A stretch of DNA of 64,000 bases, from assembly GCA_026914245.1 (NCBI GenBank), contig CP110440.1:2046001-2110000 (forward strand), in the 5' to 3' direction. The notes beneath the pieces are model-generated. The model saw only the letters and a list, made by a program, of their open reading frames with translations. It had not been told where the DNA came from and did no database searches. Position 1 is the first letter of the stretch. Every line of letters begins with the position of its first letter. This document shows positions 24,155 to 37,276 of the stretch, piece after piece. Source of the DNA: Puccinia triticina (Eukaryota). The position numbers and the translations under genes were made by a program.

Positions 24155-26599
24155 CACCAGGAGAAAAAAGTAGTCAGTTGATGACAACTGACATAACACA
24201 GCTCTGCTTTCAGCTACCAAGCTACTCCATCTGCTAGTGCAGGGCTGGCTGGCACACAGCTCAGTGCCCATTTTGGCAAAGCTGAAGCCTCTAGAATTTT
24301 CACAGGCTGCTCCTCAGCTTTGTCACAGGCACAGCTGCTGCTTAGCCTTGGCCCAGGCCCAGCTGCCGCTCAGTCTTGGCACAGGACAAGACACTGCTCA
24401 GCCTTTGCCTGAGCAATAACGGGCGTTGATAAACGCACGCCCGTCCCCCGGGGGCACGCCCACGCCCACGCCCTTCAAAAAGGGCGCGTGGGACCGCACG
24501 CCCTTTATCAAGGGCATGCGAGTCAAAGGGCGTGCACGCCCCTGTATGGGCGTGCGAGGGCGTGCGCGCCCCCACACCGTGCCTGCTCGCCGGGAGCCCC
24601 TTGGCGGGCAGGTGCAAGTATACCTGCTCGCCAAGAGCCCCTCGGCGGGCAGGTACAGATCCCACCTTGCCGAGAGCCTCTCGGAGAGCATGTACACATG
24701 CACCTGCTCGCCGAGGGGCTCTCGGTGAGCAGGCTCGGCGGGTAGGTTTATGTATCCCTGCTCGCCGAGAGCCTTGCCTCCTCGCCAAGAAGGATAACTC
24801 TTGGCGAGCAGGTATACAAACACCTGCTTGCCGAGCCTGCTCACCGAGAGCCCCTCGGCGGGCAGGTGCATGTATACCCGCTTGACAAGAGAAATCCTCG
24901 GCGAGCAGGAATACAGATCCCGTCTCGCCGAGAGCCTCTCGGCGAGCAGGTATACATACACCTGCCCGCCGAGCCTGCTCACCCAGAGCACCTTGGCGGG
25001 CAGGTGCATGTATACCTGCTCGCCAAGTGAAATCTTTGCCGAGGAGGCATAGAGATCTCACCTCGCCGAGAGCCTCTTGGCGAGCAGGTATACATACACC
25101 TGCCCACTGAGCATGCTCACCGAGAGCCCCTCGGCGGGCAGGTGCATGTATACCTGCTCGCCAAGAGAAATCGTCGGCGAGCAGGCATACACCTCTCGGC
25201 GAGCAGGCATACATATCCCCGCTCGCCGAGAGCCTTGCCTGCTCGCCAAGAAGGATGAATCTTGGGGAGCAGGTATACAAACACCTGCCCGCCGAGCCTG
25301 CTCGCTAAGGGCCCCTTGGCGGGCAGGTGCAAGTATACCTGCTTGCCAAGAGGCTCTTGGCGAGGTGGGATCTGTATGCCTGCTTGCAGAGGATTTCTCT
25401 TGGCGAGCAGGTATACATGCACCTGCCCGCCGAGGGGCTCTCGGTGAGCAGGCTCGGTGGACAGTTTTATGTATACCTTCTCGCGGAGAGGCTCTCGGCG
25501 AGGTGGGATCTGTATGCCTGCTCGCCGAGGATTTCTCTTGGTGAGCAGGTATACATGCACCTGCCCGCCGAGGGCCTCTCGGTGAGCAGGCTCGGCGGGT
25601 AGGTGTATGTATACCTGCTCGCCGAGAGGTTCTCGGCGAGGTGGGATCTGTATGCCTGCTCGCCAAGTATTTCTCTTGGCGAGCAGGTATACATGCACCT
25701 GCCCACCGAGGGGCCCTTGGCAGGCAGGTGTTTGTATACCTGCTCGCCAAGAGTTATCCCTCTCGGCGAGCAGGCAAGGCTCTCGGCGAGCAGGGATACA
25801 TACACCTACCCGCCGAGCCTGCTCACCGAGAGCCCCTCGGCGGACAGGTGCATGTATACCTGCTCTCTGAGAGGCTATCGGCGAGGTGGGATCTGTACCT
25901 GCCTGCCGAGGGGCTCTCGGCGAGCAGGTATACTTGCACCTGCTCGCCGAGGGGCTCCCGGCGAGCAGGCATAGTGCACGCCTATGTGGGGGCGTGCACG
26001 CCCTTGCACGCCCATACAGGGGCGTGCACGCCCTTGATAAATGGCGTGCGGTCTCACACGCCCTTTTCAAACCAAGAGCCCCTCGGCGGACAGGTGCATG
26101 TATACCTGCTCTCTGAGAGGCTATCGGCGAGGTGGGATCTGTACCTGCCTGCCGAGGGGCTCTCGGCGAGCAGGTATACTTGCACCTGCCCGCCGAGGGG
26201 CTCCCGGCGAGCAGGCATAGTGCACGCCTATGTGGGGGCGTGCATGCCCTCGCACGCCCATGCAGGGGCGTGCACGCCCTTGATAAATGGCGTGCGGTCT
26301 CACACGCCCTTTTCAAAGGGTGTGGGCGTGGGTGTGCCCCCGGGGGATGGGTGTGTGTTTATCAACGCCCTTTCTTGCTCAGGCAAAGGCTGAGCAGTGG
26401 CTTGTCCAGTGCCAAAACTGAGGGGCAGCTGGGCCCGGGCCAAGGCTGAGCAGCAGCTGGGCATGGGCCAACGCTGAGCAGCAGCTGTGCCTGGGACAAA
26501 GCTGAGGAGCAGCTGGTGAAAATTGCACTAGAGGCTGGATAGCCAGCTGGAGCAGGCGTCATGTCAGCTGTCATCTAATGACTACTGATTTTCCTGGTG
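24155..26599. mobile_element. Non-autonomous CACTA/CMC-like foldback element with 3-bp TSD
   Basis: Termini CACCAGG..CCTGGTG; TSD CAA at 24152-24154 and 26600-26602; inverted arms several hundred bp long. Interior built from TACCTGCTCGCCGAG-type repeats in both orientations, with a 246-bp tandem duplication (about 25830-26320). Confidence 0.85.
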
Positions 26600-27561
26600 C
26601 AATTTGGTGAGAAAAGGCAACAAAATCAACTCCTCAAAATTGTATCACATCAATGCTTTCAACTCATTGACCCCTCTTATTCTACTCTTTGCTTTCTTTC
26701 ACGGTGTCTACTACTTTTCCTTGTTTGATATCATCTACCTTAGTGTTAGCCTGAGTCTCTATAGTGACAACAAGAAACAAGAAAATGGGGGGGGGGGCTA
26801 TATTTGAATTTCTTTGGATAAAGAAAATACAAATATGAGAGAGAAAGAGAAAGAGAGAAAGAGACTGAGCAGATTCAAGATTAAGCAGATTTTCAAGGTT
26901 ATTCTTGTGGGAATGCACGTCCACTGGCAATGCTACCTCCTCAGAAGAGTGCTTCCAAGCTGTGCTAGAGAGTGCAACAGCCTCCTCTCACCAAAGAAAC
27001 GTGGAGGGCTTCTAGATTAGACAAGTGTTGAGCACGTGTTGGAAGCGGGTAATGATCAGAGTAGGTGTAATAGCATGAGGGAGGGTCTTTGGAGCGCACA
27101 GAGGGCCCTTTAAATAGTCATGAAAGCCCTCAGGGGGTGCTCAGGAAGCCATATAGCTGCTGGCCAACTTGTGGGCGTAATTCTGGCTCAATTTAATGGC
27201 GGTTGGCCAACTTGTGGGCGTGATTCTAGACCAACTAGAGGCCAAAGCGGCTTCGCCGCTGCAAAATTCAAAGTATTCTCCACCCACTTCACCCCCTTGG
27301 CCCTCACCTTCTCCTAAACTTCATGGAAAAGTCATACACACTTGCAAACTTGATGAAATCCTGATACAGCATAACATTGGTTGCTGCTTATACCCATCTT
27401 CTGGGAGAATCTTGAGCCCCTATTAAAACTAATGACATAAAACTTGATGCAAACAAGAAAATTTATCCTGCACCGAAAATAATTCAGCAACAACCAACCC
27501 AGAAAATCTGGCACATCAGCCTAAATTTACTGTGAGACATGTTTTCCCGCCAGTAAATTAT

Positions 27562-29226
27562 TGTCAGCTGGCTACTATGGCAGAGCCACCGTGACATAAA
27601 AATATACAAATAAAATATGAAAAGTAGTTTTACATATGAAAGAGACATTATTACTCTTACATATGTAAAACTACGCAAAAAACATTAAAAACACTTATAA
27701 ATAATTAATTACTTAGCTTTGTGTAATTAATAAGTAAAATATTATGAAAGATTCTGATTCTACGGGTAAAATAACCTAGGGTACCTCACTTACATGTACC
27801 CTTAATTATTATCCCTTCCTTGTGTAAACTAACTTCAAAGTTTACGCAAGTGCATCACGCCCCGCGTGGATGCACTTGTATGCACATATATATATAAGTA
27901 CATATATTTACAACCATTTTCAGTGACGTAACTGAGGTGTTGTGTACAGTTCAAAAGATAGCTTTATTTGTTGCGTGGCGCACCCAAGCCCGCGTGCTTT
28001 GTTGCCTAGAGCTCAAGCCCGCGCTGCTAGTGTAAATATATGCATAATGCATAAACTAGCCCGCAACCAAAGCGCTCAGGTTACCAATAAGTAAGAATGG
28101 ACCAGAATACGCCCCAATAACAATATTACATGTGTTATAGGGCTTGTACACATGTAATTAATCACCAAACAAGATGTAATTACCACGTCATTCAATATAA
28201 AAACATTCTAGACTGAAAAGAGCTCTTGCAGCGTGCACAGGAGACACTAGAAAGCGCCCCAGCTTCTCCCAAGCCTCACTACACGTAAATTACAACTGTA
28301 GTAAATATGTAAAAGGGGTCAAATGAACTGGAGCAATCAATAAGCGCCTCCAGAACATGTATAAAGCACTGCTTACACGTGTACTAGTACACAGAAGCCA
28401 GTTCTAGTACCTTCTGTGGCACATTTTCACGGAAATGAGCGTCACAGAACCCCCAAACCAGCCCCCATGACGTGTAAGGCACGTGTAAAATCACGCAGAA
28501 CCTCTGTAAAAGGTCCTTGGCAACCCTTGTATCCAAGCCCCAAGGTTCCACGACCCACAGCGCCTTCTAGCGCAACCAAATTGCCTCAGAATGCGCCCAC
28601 AAGTGTCCCCATGTCCCCTGGGCGCCCCTGGAGGCCTGCCTAGGCTATATAAAGGGCCCTTTCTCCGCCCAAAAGGAGATTCCCCAGCTTTACATTACCT
28701 ATTAGAATTTTACCCGCCTTCAACAGCCTCATTAGCCTGTGATTTGCCAGGTAAAATACCTACTTTCGTGATTTTTAGCCCCAATTTCCGCCCTGAAGCT
28801 GCCCAGTAACCACCCTGCCCTCAAGATTACCTCCTCTGAGCGCCTCCAACTGCCCAACTTCACGCCTGAAGAACCTCAAGTGCCTCTAGGGTCTTATACT
28901 AGTAAGTTTAAGCCCCTTCTCTTGAGATTCTCTGCCATTTCTTTCTGGGATTTAAACCACACCTGTTTACAGGCCCCAGTTCTTCATTCTAGAGGGATTA
29001 AACACCCCTGATTTATCAGGCCCCTCTTTAAAATTAATTATATTCATTTTATTACGTCAAATTGGCCCAAATTGGCCCAAATTGCCTTATTCTTACGCCA
29101 TAATTCCCAACAATTACGTTGGAATTAACCCTTATAACCTTGTCTTAGAGTTTTATAACTCTAATCTTTTGCTTTGCACCACGTGTAGTTAGAAGGATAA
29201 TATCCTTGGCATCACGTAGGCTGACA
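27562..29226 (+). mobile_element. Solo LTR (1665 bp), copy 1
   Basis: TGTCAGC..GCTGACA termini; 5-bp TSD ATTAT; TATATAAA at ~28646; homologous to 57830-60131. Confidence 0.93.
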
Positions 29227-30252
29227 ATTATTATAAAATGCTGAATTCATCCTTTATCCTACCAGAACTTTTATTTAGCCCTTCTATCAATAGCATTAAC
29301 CCCCAGGACACCTCTCATTTTCATTCTGCAAATTTTCCTCTCATTTACCGTGGCTAGACCCAACACCAGAAGGACAGTCTACCAGACCACTCATAGGAAC
29401 TCCAGTTTTGGTTCACCCTTTGTTGGTAAATTGAAAATCAGATTTCCAAAAAAAAAAGGCAGCAGTGGCAAGGCCATATCCCATTTTGACATATCAGTAT
29501 CACTGCATATCATTGGCTAACTGTTACAAGGAGCTTTAGGGACATCTCCCAGAAATACTTTGCTTTGATACATCTGATAAACCTGTGTCCAGCAACCAGT
29601 AAGTGCCTTGGTTCAAATGATAACTCCAATCAAATTTGCTTGTTGCCTAGCTGTAGCAGCAGGTTGGACTTCTACTTGGTATCTCCATCGAAATAAATTC
29701 ATATTTACATTGCCCTAATTCTGTATTACTCCCCTTGTGAGAGTTTGCAACCTAAAGCTGGTAACGTGTGTGAAACAGAAGGTAAGGGACGCCAGGGAGT
29801 TCAGCATTGATTTTCTGGAGAGAACCAGCCGCATCCAGACAGACAACAGGAGTGTCAGATCAATAACCCCGCAGATGAGACTGAAGCAGAGGAGATTGCA
29901 AGCGAGGGGGTGCGGGGCTATAGGAGCGGTCGCCGGGTGCAAGAGGCGGAGGCTTGTGCGAGACAATCTAATGAAAAGGACACCGGCGTCAGCGGGGGGT
30001 TCAAAGACAAGCAGACAATTGGGAGAGCGGTCAAGATTGTCCTCAATATCATCTGCGGCATGGAGCCGTCCAGCCTTGGGTGCAGGCAGGTTGGCAAGCT
30101 GGTTGATGCTGAATCTTTTGGGGAAGCCTTCAAATCTGAAGAGGTCTGCAGCGCATTGTAGGGAGAAGAGGACGTCGAGGGAGATGTCAAGAAGGCCAGG
30201 GTGCCGACAAGCAGCAGGAGGGTCAGATTTTGGTTGGGTAAGCTCAAGATAC

Positions 30253-30590
30253 AAGGCCAAGTAGCTCTGGTAGTCTGTAGAGACAACAAGAGCATGGTTG
30301 TTGGCACGGATTTTGTTGACAACAGTAGATACACCAACGTCGGTGTTCCCAACAAAGGAAGTGGGTTCAGCGGCCATGAGATTGAGCCGTCTCTGAATGA
30401 ACTCCTTGTCAAATTTCATGTTCAGGATTCCGTACAATGACATAAGTAGCCCACCGTGACGATTGTTACGGTCGTAGACGGTCACCGTATGGCCGGCCCG
30501 GTTGAGCTGGTCTGCACACGCTAGTCCCGCCGGGCCGGATTCAATGATCACTGCCTTCTTGCTTGTTTGCTCCACTGGAGGCCGGGGGAC
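30253..30590 (-). pseudogene. GLT1: Fragment of NADH-glutamate synthase (small-subunit/FAD-binding region)
   Basis: KKAVIIESGPAGLACADQLNRAGHTVTVYDRNNRHGGLLM..YGILNMKFDK..IQRRLNLMAAE..ATWP. GxGxxG is degraded to ESGPAG and there is a frameshift. The rest of the large gene is absent. Confidence 0.88.
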
Positions 30591-32389
30591 TCTCAATCAA
30601 AGAACAAACAATTTTTTTTGTTCTCGAGGTGCAGATATGCTTCTGGTAAGGTGCATCCCAAGTCGTACATGATGATGGATTAAAGGAAGGTTGAGGAATG
30701 TTGCTGGCGGGGGCGACGGGGCCGGCGATAGCCGTGGGTTTCTTCCTTGATCTTGTCCTGGATGATTGACGCCCGCTCTTGCGGTTTCCACCAAGCAAGG
30801 GTGTAGGGGGGTTGAGCTAGATTGTGGCGGGTTTTGCGGAGGCAGAGACGGATGTGGATGCAAGAGCGGAGGGGTGCAAGGAGGAGCGGGGCCTGTTGAT
30901 GATCAACGGGGAGCACGACGAGCAAGGGGATTCCTGGGCCCAATAGGACCGAGCCAACAAAGGAGAAGATGCCTGCGTGCAGGAACAGCTTTTCCAACGT
31001 GCCCACTGGAGGGGACTATCAATCACATCTCAAACCCTGTTCAAATAAAACAAGGCAGTTTGTTTGGCTCTGGTTCAGAAATGCATAATCAGACAGTGGG
31101 CTAGATAACTTACTATTCAATCCTTTTGATTCCAACCGGCGCTTCATTGATTCCCAAGACACAGGCACCTTTGAAAGGTGCAGGACAGATCCTACTGGTG
31201 AACTCAGGAAAAATTAAAAATGGCCAGTTGCAGTTGGATTGAGTGATCATACCAGGGCAGCTAATTCATGAGGAACTACTGAGCAGCTGAAGACTGTCAT
31301 CGGATGTATTCTTGGCTCTGTTTTGCCCTTAGATCTGAAGCCGTTCTGAGTTGCTTGATAGCTGGTTCTCCAGTCAAACACGCAATAGTGCCAAGCCTGA
31401 GGTAGGACAACAGCAAGGATCAGCAAGGTACAAAATGCTGTCTGGAGTGGAGATTGGCCTGGCAGTTTAGATGATTTGGGCGCCAGCGTGTTCCCAGGCT
31501 TGATGGAGCTTTGCGAATATCTTGGGTTGGTTGAGCAGGAGCTCGGACGCCCACACCTTTCTTGTAGCAATCGGACAAGGGATACGTTTTTGACATACAC
31601 CAAAGGTGTGGGTCTGGCAATGGTAGGGTGGTGGTGGTGGCGGGGACGACAGAATGTTTTTTGGTGTCTGCTTAAGTCGATCCTTGGCGCTAACAGCAGC
31701 GGTGAGGCCTGGTTGAGCCCAAATCTTGACTTTGTGGTGGTGGGTGGCGGTGGCATTGCTGTCAAGGCAATGTGTACATTGATGGCGCGGCAGGGCGGAG
31801 AATCAAGGCTGGCGTAGCTCGCTGGTGGACCTTGGGTGGATGCCGGACCGTGTATATAAGGAGGGGCTCTATGTTCCTTTTTATCCCCAGGGCGTCCTCT
31901 GCCGCTGTACTTCCAGCGTGCAGTTCACCCTCACCCCCCTCCGCTGTTGCACTTGCACAGTTTGAGGGGTGAAAGGTGATGACCCCCCTTTGCAATTGCC
32001 TTAAATGCGGAGCACTGGGGGTCATCTACCCAATACTTGCAACCTCTCCACTGCCAGCATTTAAGCCTCGGATGCGCGCATCCCCGTTAATCTGGGATGC
32101 ACGCAACCGATTTAACATTGGTTGCGCGTATCCGATGCAATCCGCATCCGAGCTGACATCGGGGGACAGTAACCCGAGGGTTTTGCCACCCGATTCAAAC
32201 TGGGCTGGTCCGCGGCCGAGCCAAAATCGGCAGGCTGTCTGACCGACGAAGTAAATTCCTCGATCAGTGGCCAGCCGAGTTAACCTCGGCCGCCACCAAC
32301 CGAGCAATGGAAGCTCGGTTGACAGCTCAAGCGAGCTTTCATCTGATATGAAAGCTCGTTTACGGACCCACCGAGTAAAATGAACATTG

Positions 32390-32550
32390 GTGGGTCAATC
32401 ACCGAGGATTTCAAATGATCAGTGGGTAAATCACCGATGATTTCGAATCATTGGTGGGTAAATCACCGATGATTTCGAATCATCGGTGGGTAAATCACCG
32501 ATGATTTCGAATCATCGGTGAGTCAACAGCCGATGATTTTGAATCATCGG
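32390..32550. repeat. 32-bp tandem repeat with palindromic core (3 good and 2 degenerate copies)
   Basis: GTGGGTAAATCACCGATGATTTCGAATCATCG-type unit at 32422, 32454 and 32486. Confidence 0.85.
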
Positions 32551-32699
32551 CTGTTCCACCCTCCTTGGAGAACTTTCCCGGGGAGGAGCCCTCCGGCAGT
32601 TAGCACGTCGAGCCACAGTGGCCGGAGCAGTCTGCTCGCTGGTCCAAGAACTCGACTCGCCGGTCCAAGCAGACTGCTCAGACTAGCGAGCAGTGCTGC

Positions 32700-33600
32700 C
32701 CGATCACGTACAGGTACTATACCCGCTTCGCCAGCAGGTTAACCTGTCAAGCTGCTGGCCGAGCAGGTCAACCTGCAGGCCAAGCAGGTTCAGGTACCTG
32801 GCCAGCGAGCGGGTCAACCTGCTGGCCAAGCAGATAACAGTACCTGGTCGGCGAGCAGGCTGACCTACTCGCCGAGCAGGTAAAATCTTGTCGAGCAGGT
32901 ACTTTTACCTGCTCGGCCGTTAGCATAACCTGCTTGTCGAGCATGTACGGTTACAGGTACTTGCTCCGACTCGGCCAGCAGTTCAACCTGCTGGCCAGGA
33001 AATAGTACCTGCTCGGCGAGCAGGTTGACCTACTCGCCGAGCAGGTAAAAGCTCGCCGAGCAGGTAAAAGCTCGCCGAGCAGGTAAAAGCTCGCCGAGCA
33101 GGTAAAAGCTCGCCGAGCAGGTAAAAGCTCGCCGAGCAGGTATTTCTACCTGCTCGGCCATCAACCTGGTCGCCGGGCAGGTACAGTTACACGTACCTTC
33201 TCCGGCTTGGCCAGCGGGTCATCCTGCTGGCCAAGCAGGTAACAGTACCTGCTTGGTGAGCTTTTCCCTGCTCGCCGAGTAGGTCAACCTGCTTGCCGAG
33301 CAGGTATTTTTACCTGCTCGGCCATCAGGATGACCTGCCCGCCAAGCAGGTGCTTTTACCTGCTTGGTAAGCAGGTTGACCTGATCTTCAAGCAGATACC
33401 TGTAGCCGCTTCGAAGCGGGAACAAGTACCTGCTCGCCCAGCAGGTACTGTTACCTGCTTGGCCAGTTGACCTGCTGGCCGCGCCGGAGCAGGTACCTGT
33501 AACTGTACCTGCTCAGCGAGCAGGTCATCCCGATGGCCGAGCAGGTAAAAGTACCTGCTTGGCGAGCTTTTACCTGCTCGGCAACCATGTAGGTCATAAC
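32700..33600. repeat. Array of (TAC)CTGCTCGCCGAGCAGGT-type motifs, probably a subterminal region of a CACTA-like element
   Basis: Same core as the interior of 24155-26599; includes a 19-bp tandem GCTCGCCGAGCAGGTAAAA at ~33033-33143. Element ends were not found. Confidence 0.65.
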
Positions 33601-33619
33601 CTGCCAGTGCTAGCCAATT

Positions 33620-34415
33620 CCTGAGGGCAAATCTCCGCAGGCAAACTGCTAAAACTGCTAAAGCAATTTTTCCTGGGAGCAAAACTCCACAGGCAAACTG
33701 CTAAAGCAGTTTTCCTGGGAGCTAAAATCCACAGGCAAACTGCTAAAGCAATTTTTCCTGGGAGCAAAACTCCACAGGCAAACTGCTAAAGCAGTTTTCC
33801 TGGGAGCTAAACTCCACAGGCAAACTGCTAAAGCAGTTTTCCTGGGAGCAAAACTCCACAGGCAAACTGCTAAAGCAGTTTTCCTGGGAGCAAAACTCCA
33901 CAGGCAAACTGCTAAAGCAGTTTTTCTGGGAGCAAAACTCCACAGGCAAACTGCTAAAGCAGTTTTCCTGGGAGCAAAACTCCACAGGCAAACTGCTAAA
34001 GCAGTTTTCCTGGGAGCAAAACTCCACAGGCAAACTGCTAAAGCAGTTTCCCTGGGAGCAAAACTCCACAGGCAAACTGCTAAAGCAGTCTTCCTGGGAG
34101 CAAAACTCCACAGGCAAACTGCTAAAGCAGTCTTCCTGGGAGCAAAACTCCACAGGCAAACTGCTAAAGCAGTCTTCCTGGGAGCAAAACTCCACAGGCA
34201 AACTGCTAAAGCAGTCTTCCTGGGAGCAAAACTCCACAGGCAAACTGCTAAAGCAGACTTCCTGGGAGCAAAACTCCACAGGCAAACTGCTAAAGCAGTC
34301 TTCCTGGGAGCAAAACTCCACAGGCAAACTGCTAAAGCAGTCTTCCTGGGAGCAAAACTCCACAGGCAAACTGCTAAAGCAGTCTTCCTGGGAGCAAAAC
34401 TCCACAGGCAAACTG
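33620..34415. repeat. 42-bp minisatellite, ~18 copies
   Basis: ACTCCACAGGCAAACTGCTAAAGCAGT(T/C)TTCCTGGGAGCAAA. Confidence 0.97.
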
Positions 34416-34598
34416 AAAAAATAGGAGCAACTGAAAATAATATTTCTAATTAAAAACTCCGCTAGCTAATGACAATCTTTGAGGATTAAGAGAAATGTCT
34501 GAATAGTGAATAGAAATCACCTGAAAGCAGGAACGCACTAGCTTTTTCTTTTGCCTAACTGCTGGATAGAGAGAAGAAAGAAAGCTTTGATCTGAGAA

Positions 34599-35590
34599 TT
34601 GAGAGAAGAGAAGGCTACAAACGCAGGATCACGCTACTTCCTCACTTTGATCAATCAACACACGGGGTTTATCAGCATCACTCTTCCCAAGAAGAAATCT
34701 GATGCCACCACTGCAATTCTGGACTTTCAAAAATTCTTTGAGCGCCAGACTGGCCAAGTCATCATCAATAAGATGATCACCAACGGGGGCGGGAAATTTT
34801 GTAATCACTCTCTTTTGGGTATCCTTCACCAAAGCAGAATTCAACACAACGCCTTGCCTCCCTACACCCCGCAGCACAATGGCGTAGCTGAGCAAGCCAA
34901 CAAAACCATCATCAACATGGACAGATGTATGATGGTGCAGTCTGAGCTTGCCAAGGAATGGTGGGGCAAAGCCGTTCTCACTGCGATGGCAACCACTAAC
35001 TGCCTCCCTTCTCTCAGAAAAAGCAAGATCAGCCCAATCCAACAACTCTTTGGCAAGGTTCCCAACATGAAGTTCTTCTGACCCTTTGGCTGCAAAATGT
35101 GGGTGATCAAGCCCAACCAACTCCGCACATCCAAATTTGACGCCATCTCGTGGGATGGCATTCTCATTGGGTACACCAATGACTATTCTTCTTATAGGGT
35201 CATCAGGACCTCAGACAAAAAAATCATCAAGACGAGAAATGCATACTTTGATGAGTCACAATTTCCTTCATTCTCCGCGCTTAATCCTAGTCTTGATCTA
35301 TCCCCTCTTGATCCACTACCTGACTTCTCCGGACAACCACCTCTCCCACTCATCAATTTTGACAGCAATGAAGAGGAGGATCCTTGACAGGACCTCGATC
35401 CTGAAGATCACTTGGACTCTGATGTTTCCTCCTCGTCGGACATGTCAGTGGGTAGCAACCTTGACCAACAGGGGCCTCCCCAGCCTGCTCAACGCCTCAT
35501 CCTCCGCCTTGGTCCTCACCCGACTCAAGTCAATGGTGATGTTGACCCATCCAATATTATCAACCATCCTTGGCGGTCCGCTGTCATGGT
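34599..35590 (+). pseudogene. Degraded Ty1/Copia integrase fragment
   Basis: RYFLTLIN, ITNGGGKF (decayed DxGGEF), PYTPQHNGVAEQ, then GILIGY..YRV..KTRNAYFDE after a stop. Confidence 0.88.
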
Positions 35591-35930
35591 TAATAAACCA
35601 TCAGCACCACGTGAAGGTCCCGGGCTGAACTGATTGAAATCTTGAAGTATCCAAGACCAAAAATCATCTATCTTTTGGTTATTAGACTGGATAGCATCTT
35701 CCGAAATCCTAACCCAGCTTTTTGACAGCTGCTCGTCTTCCTCCGTGGTGAAATTGTGTCCTTGGCGTTTGGTTGTATTTGTTGCCGCAGCGGGGGAGTT
35801 TGTGGCAGGGGCTGGTGATGGGGCTGAAGCATTCTGGGCCGTTGCGGCAGGCATGGGATGGCAGTCTGGGGCGGCTGTTGATGTGGAGATGGGGCAATAG
35901 GTGGGTGTACCACGGTTGAGATGGCTACAT
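35590..35930 (-). pseudogene. N-terminal fragment of a Myb/SANT-like protein of the PIF/Harbinger ORF1 type
   Basis: NFTTEEDEQLSKSWVRISEDAIQSNNQKIDDFWSWI motif; truncated at the junction with the Copia fragment. Confidence 0.7.
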
Positions 35931-36067
35931 AGAGCTACTCTGGCTTAATCCAGGTGTTTTGCATATTCAAGTTGCTCTTAATCCCAGAAGCAACAGTGGG
36001 TAGTTACAATAAGAGTTACTATCAGTTTTTTTTCTCCTTTGGTCTTTAATTTAAAATTCAGATCCAC

Positions 36068-36331
36068 ATAATGATTTCTTTCAGCTAGATCAAGAAGTCA
36101 TAGCTCTACTCTAATAACTGGTGAAATAATTTCCCATTTTTGTAAATAGACTGACTGTATATACTTGATTACACTTCCAGTTTTTATTTACTGGTTTTAG
36201 TTACTAGTAAATGCAAAATTTGACACGGAATAAGGGATATCAATTCATTCTTTCTACAAAGATGGAAAAATCTTTCACAAATTTTTAGAGGAGAGCTCTG
36301 ACTTCTTGATCTAGCTGACAGAAAATATTAT
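36068..36331. mobile_element. Small MITE-like inverted-repeat element
   Basis: ~45-bp imperfect TIRs containing CAGCTAGATCAAGAAGTCA / TGACTTCTTGATCTAGCTG. TSD not resolved. Confidence 0.6.
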
Positions 36332-36493
36332 TATTTGGTTCCTAATTTTGAGTTGAAGACCAAAGAAGAGGATTTATGGTTATCGTAACTACCCACCGTT
36401 GCCAGGAGTAGCGAGGAGTAAAGTTACTCCTGCTTACTCCAAATCGTACTCCAAGGAGGAGTTTAGTCCGACTAAATCGGACCCAATGTGGAT

Positions 36494-36792
36494 GCATTGC
36501 CAGGCATTGCCAGGCATTTCCAGGCATTTGCCAGGCATTGCCAGGCATTTGCCAGGCATTGCCAGGCATTTGCCAGGCATTGCCAGGCATTTGCCAGGCA
36601 TTTGCCAGGCATTGCCAGGCATTTGCCAGGCATTTGCCAGGCATTGCCAGGCATTTGCCAGGCATTGCCAGGCATTGCCAGGCATTGCCAGGCAATTGCC
36701 AGGCATTGCCAGGCATTGCCAGGCATTGCCAGGCAATTGCCAGGCATTGCCAGGCATTGCCAGGCATTTGCCAGGCATTTGCCAGGCATTGC
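36494..36792. repeat. 10/11-bp minisatellite GCCAGGCATT(T)
   Basis: About 28 tandem units, directly visible. Confidence 0.97.
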
Positions 36793-37276
36793 TGTTAGGT
36801 TACCCGGAGCGTAGCGGGAGGTGGGTGGAGTCCATGGAGCCACCCAGCCACTCCCTGTACCCGTCAGCCTAAGCCATGTACAAGGTGGCTGAAACGGCTG
36901 CCCTATTTATCTCACGCCTACCCCTCGGCGGAGATAGCGGCGTACAGGGACTAGGGGGAGGTCTCCAGCCCCTCGGCCAAGTCGAAGGACAGGAGAGACC
37001 TAGAGCTCTCCACGCCCAAACGTCTTGATCCCTCCTTCCTCCTCATCCCGGATCCGAAATTCCTCCCAGCGACCTTCAGCTCGCACCCCCCTTCTTCCCC
37101 TCCTGGATCATATTATTTTCGCAATTATCAAACTATCTTACACAACAAAACAGACAACATTTCCTACAATCCAACCTAAAATCCACCCGCATATCCACAT
37201 TCTATCTTTACCACGTAATCGACTCCCACGCTTTCCCCACCTTAATCTCATTTCACACCCAAACCTTAGTTGCCAA

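Noticed and set aside
24342..26449. Many long overlapping ORFs on both strands
   Set aside because: GC-rich internal repeats of a non-autonomous element; no domain, open in several frames.
23588..27025. Possible Copia solo LTR starting TGTTGGAATC and hosting the CACC element
   Set aside because: No matching end or TSD could be identified.
32390..32550. Palindromic 32-bp repeats resembling a CRISPR array
   Set aside because: Units are head-to-tail with no unique spacers, there are no cas genes, and the context is eukaryotic.
33743..34411. 222-aa repeat ORF (LPVEFCSQEDCFSS)n
   Set aside because: By-product of a 42-bp tandem repeat with no stop in that frame; non-ATG start.
36342..36872. Multiple ORFs with PGNAWQCLA/LPGIARH repeats
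   Set aside because: Translation of the GCCAGGCATT minisatellite.
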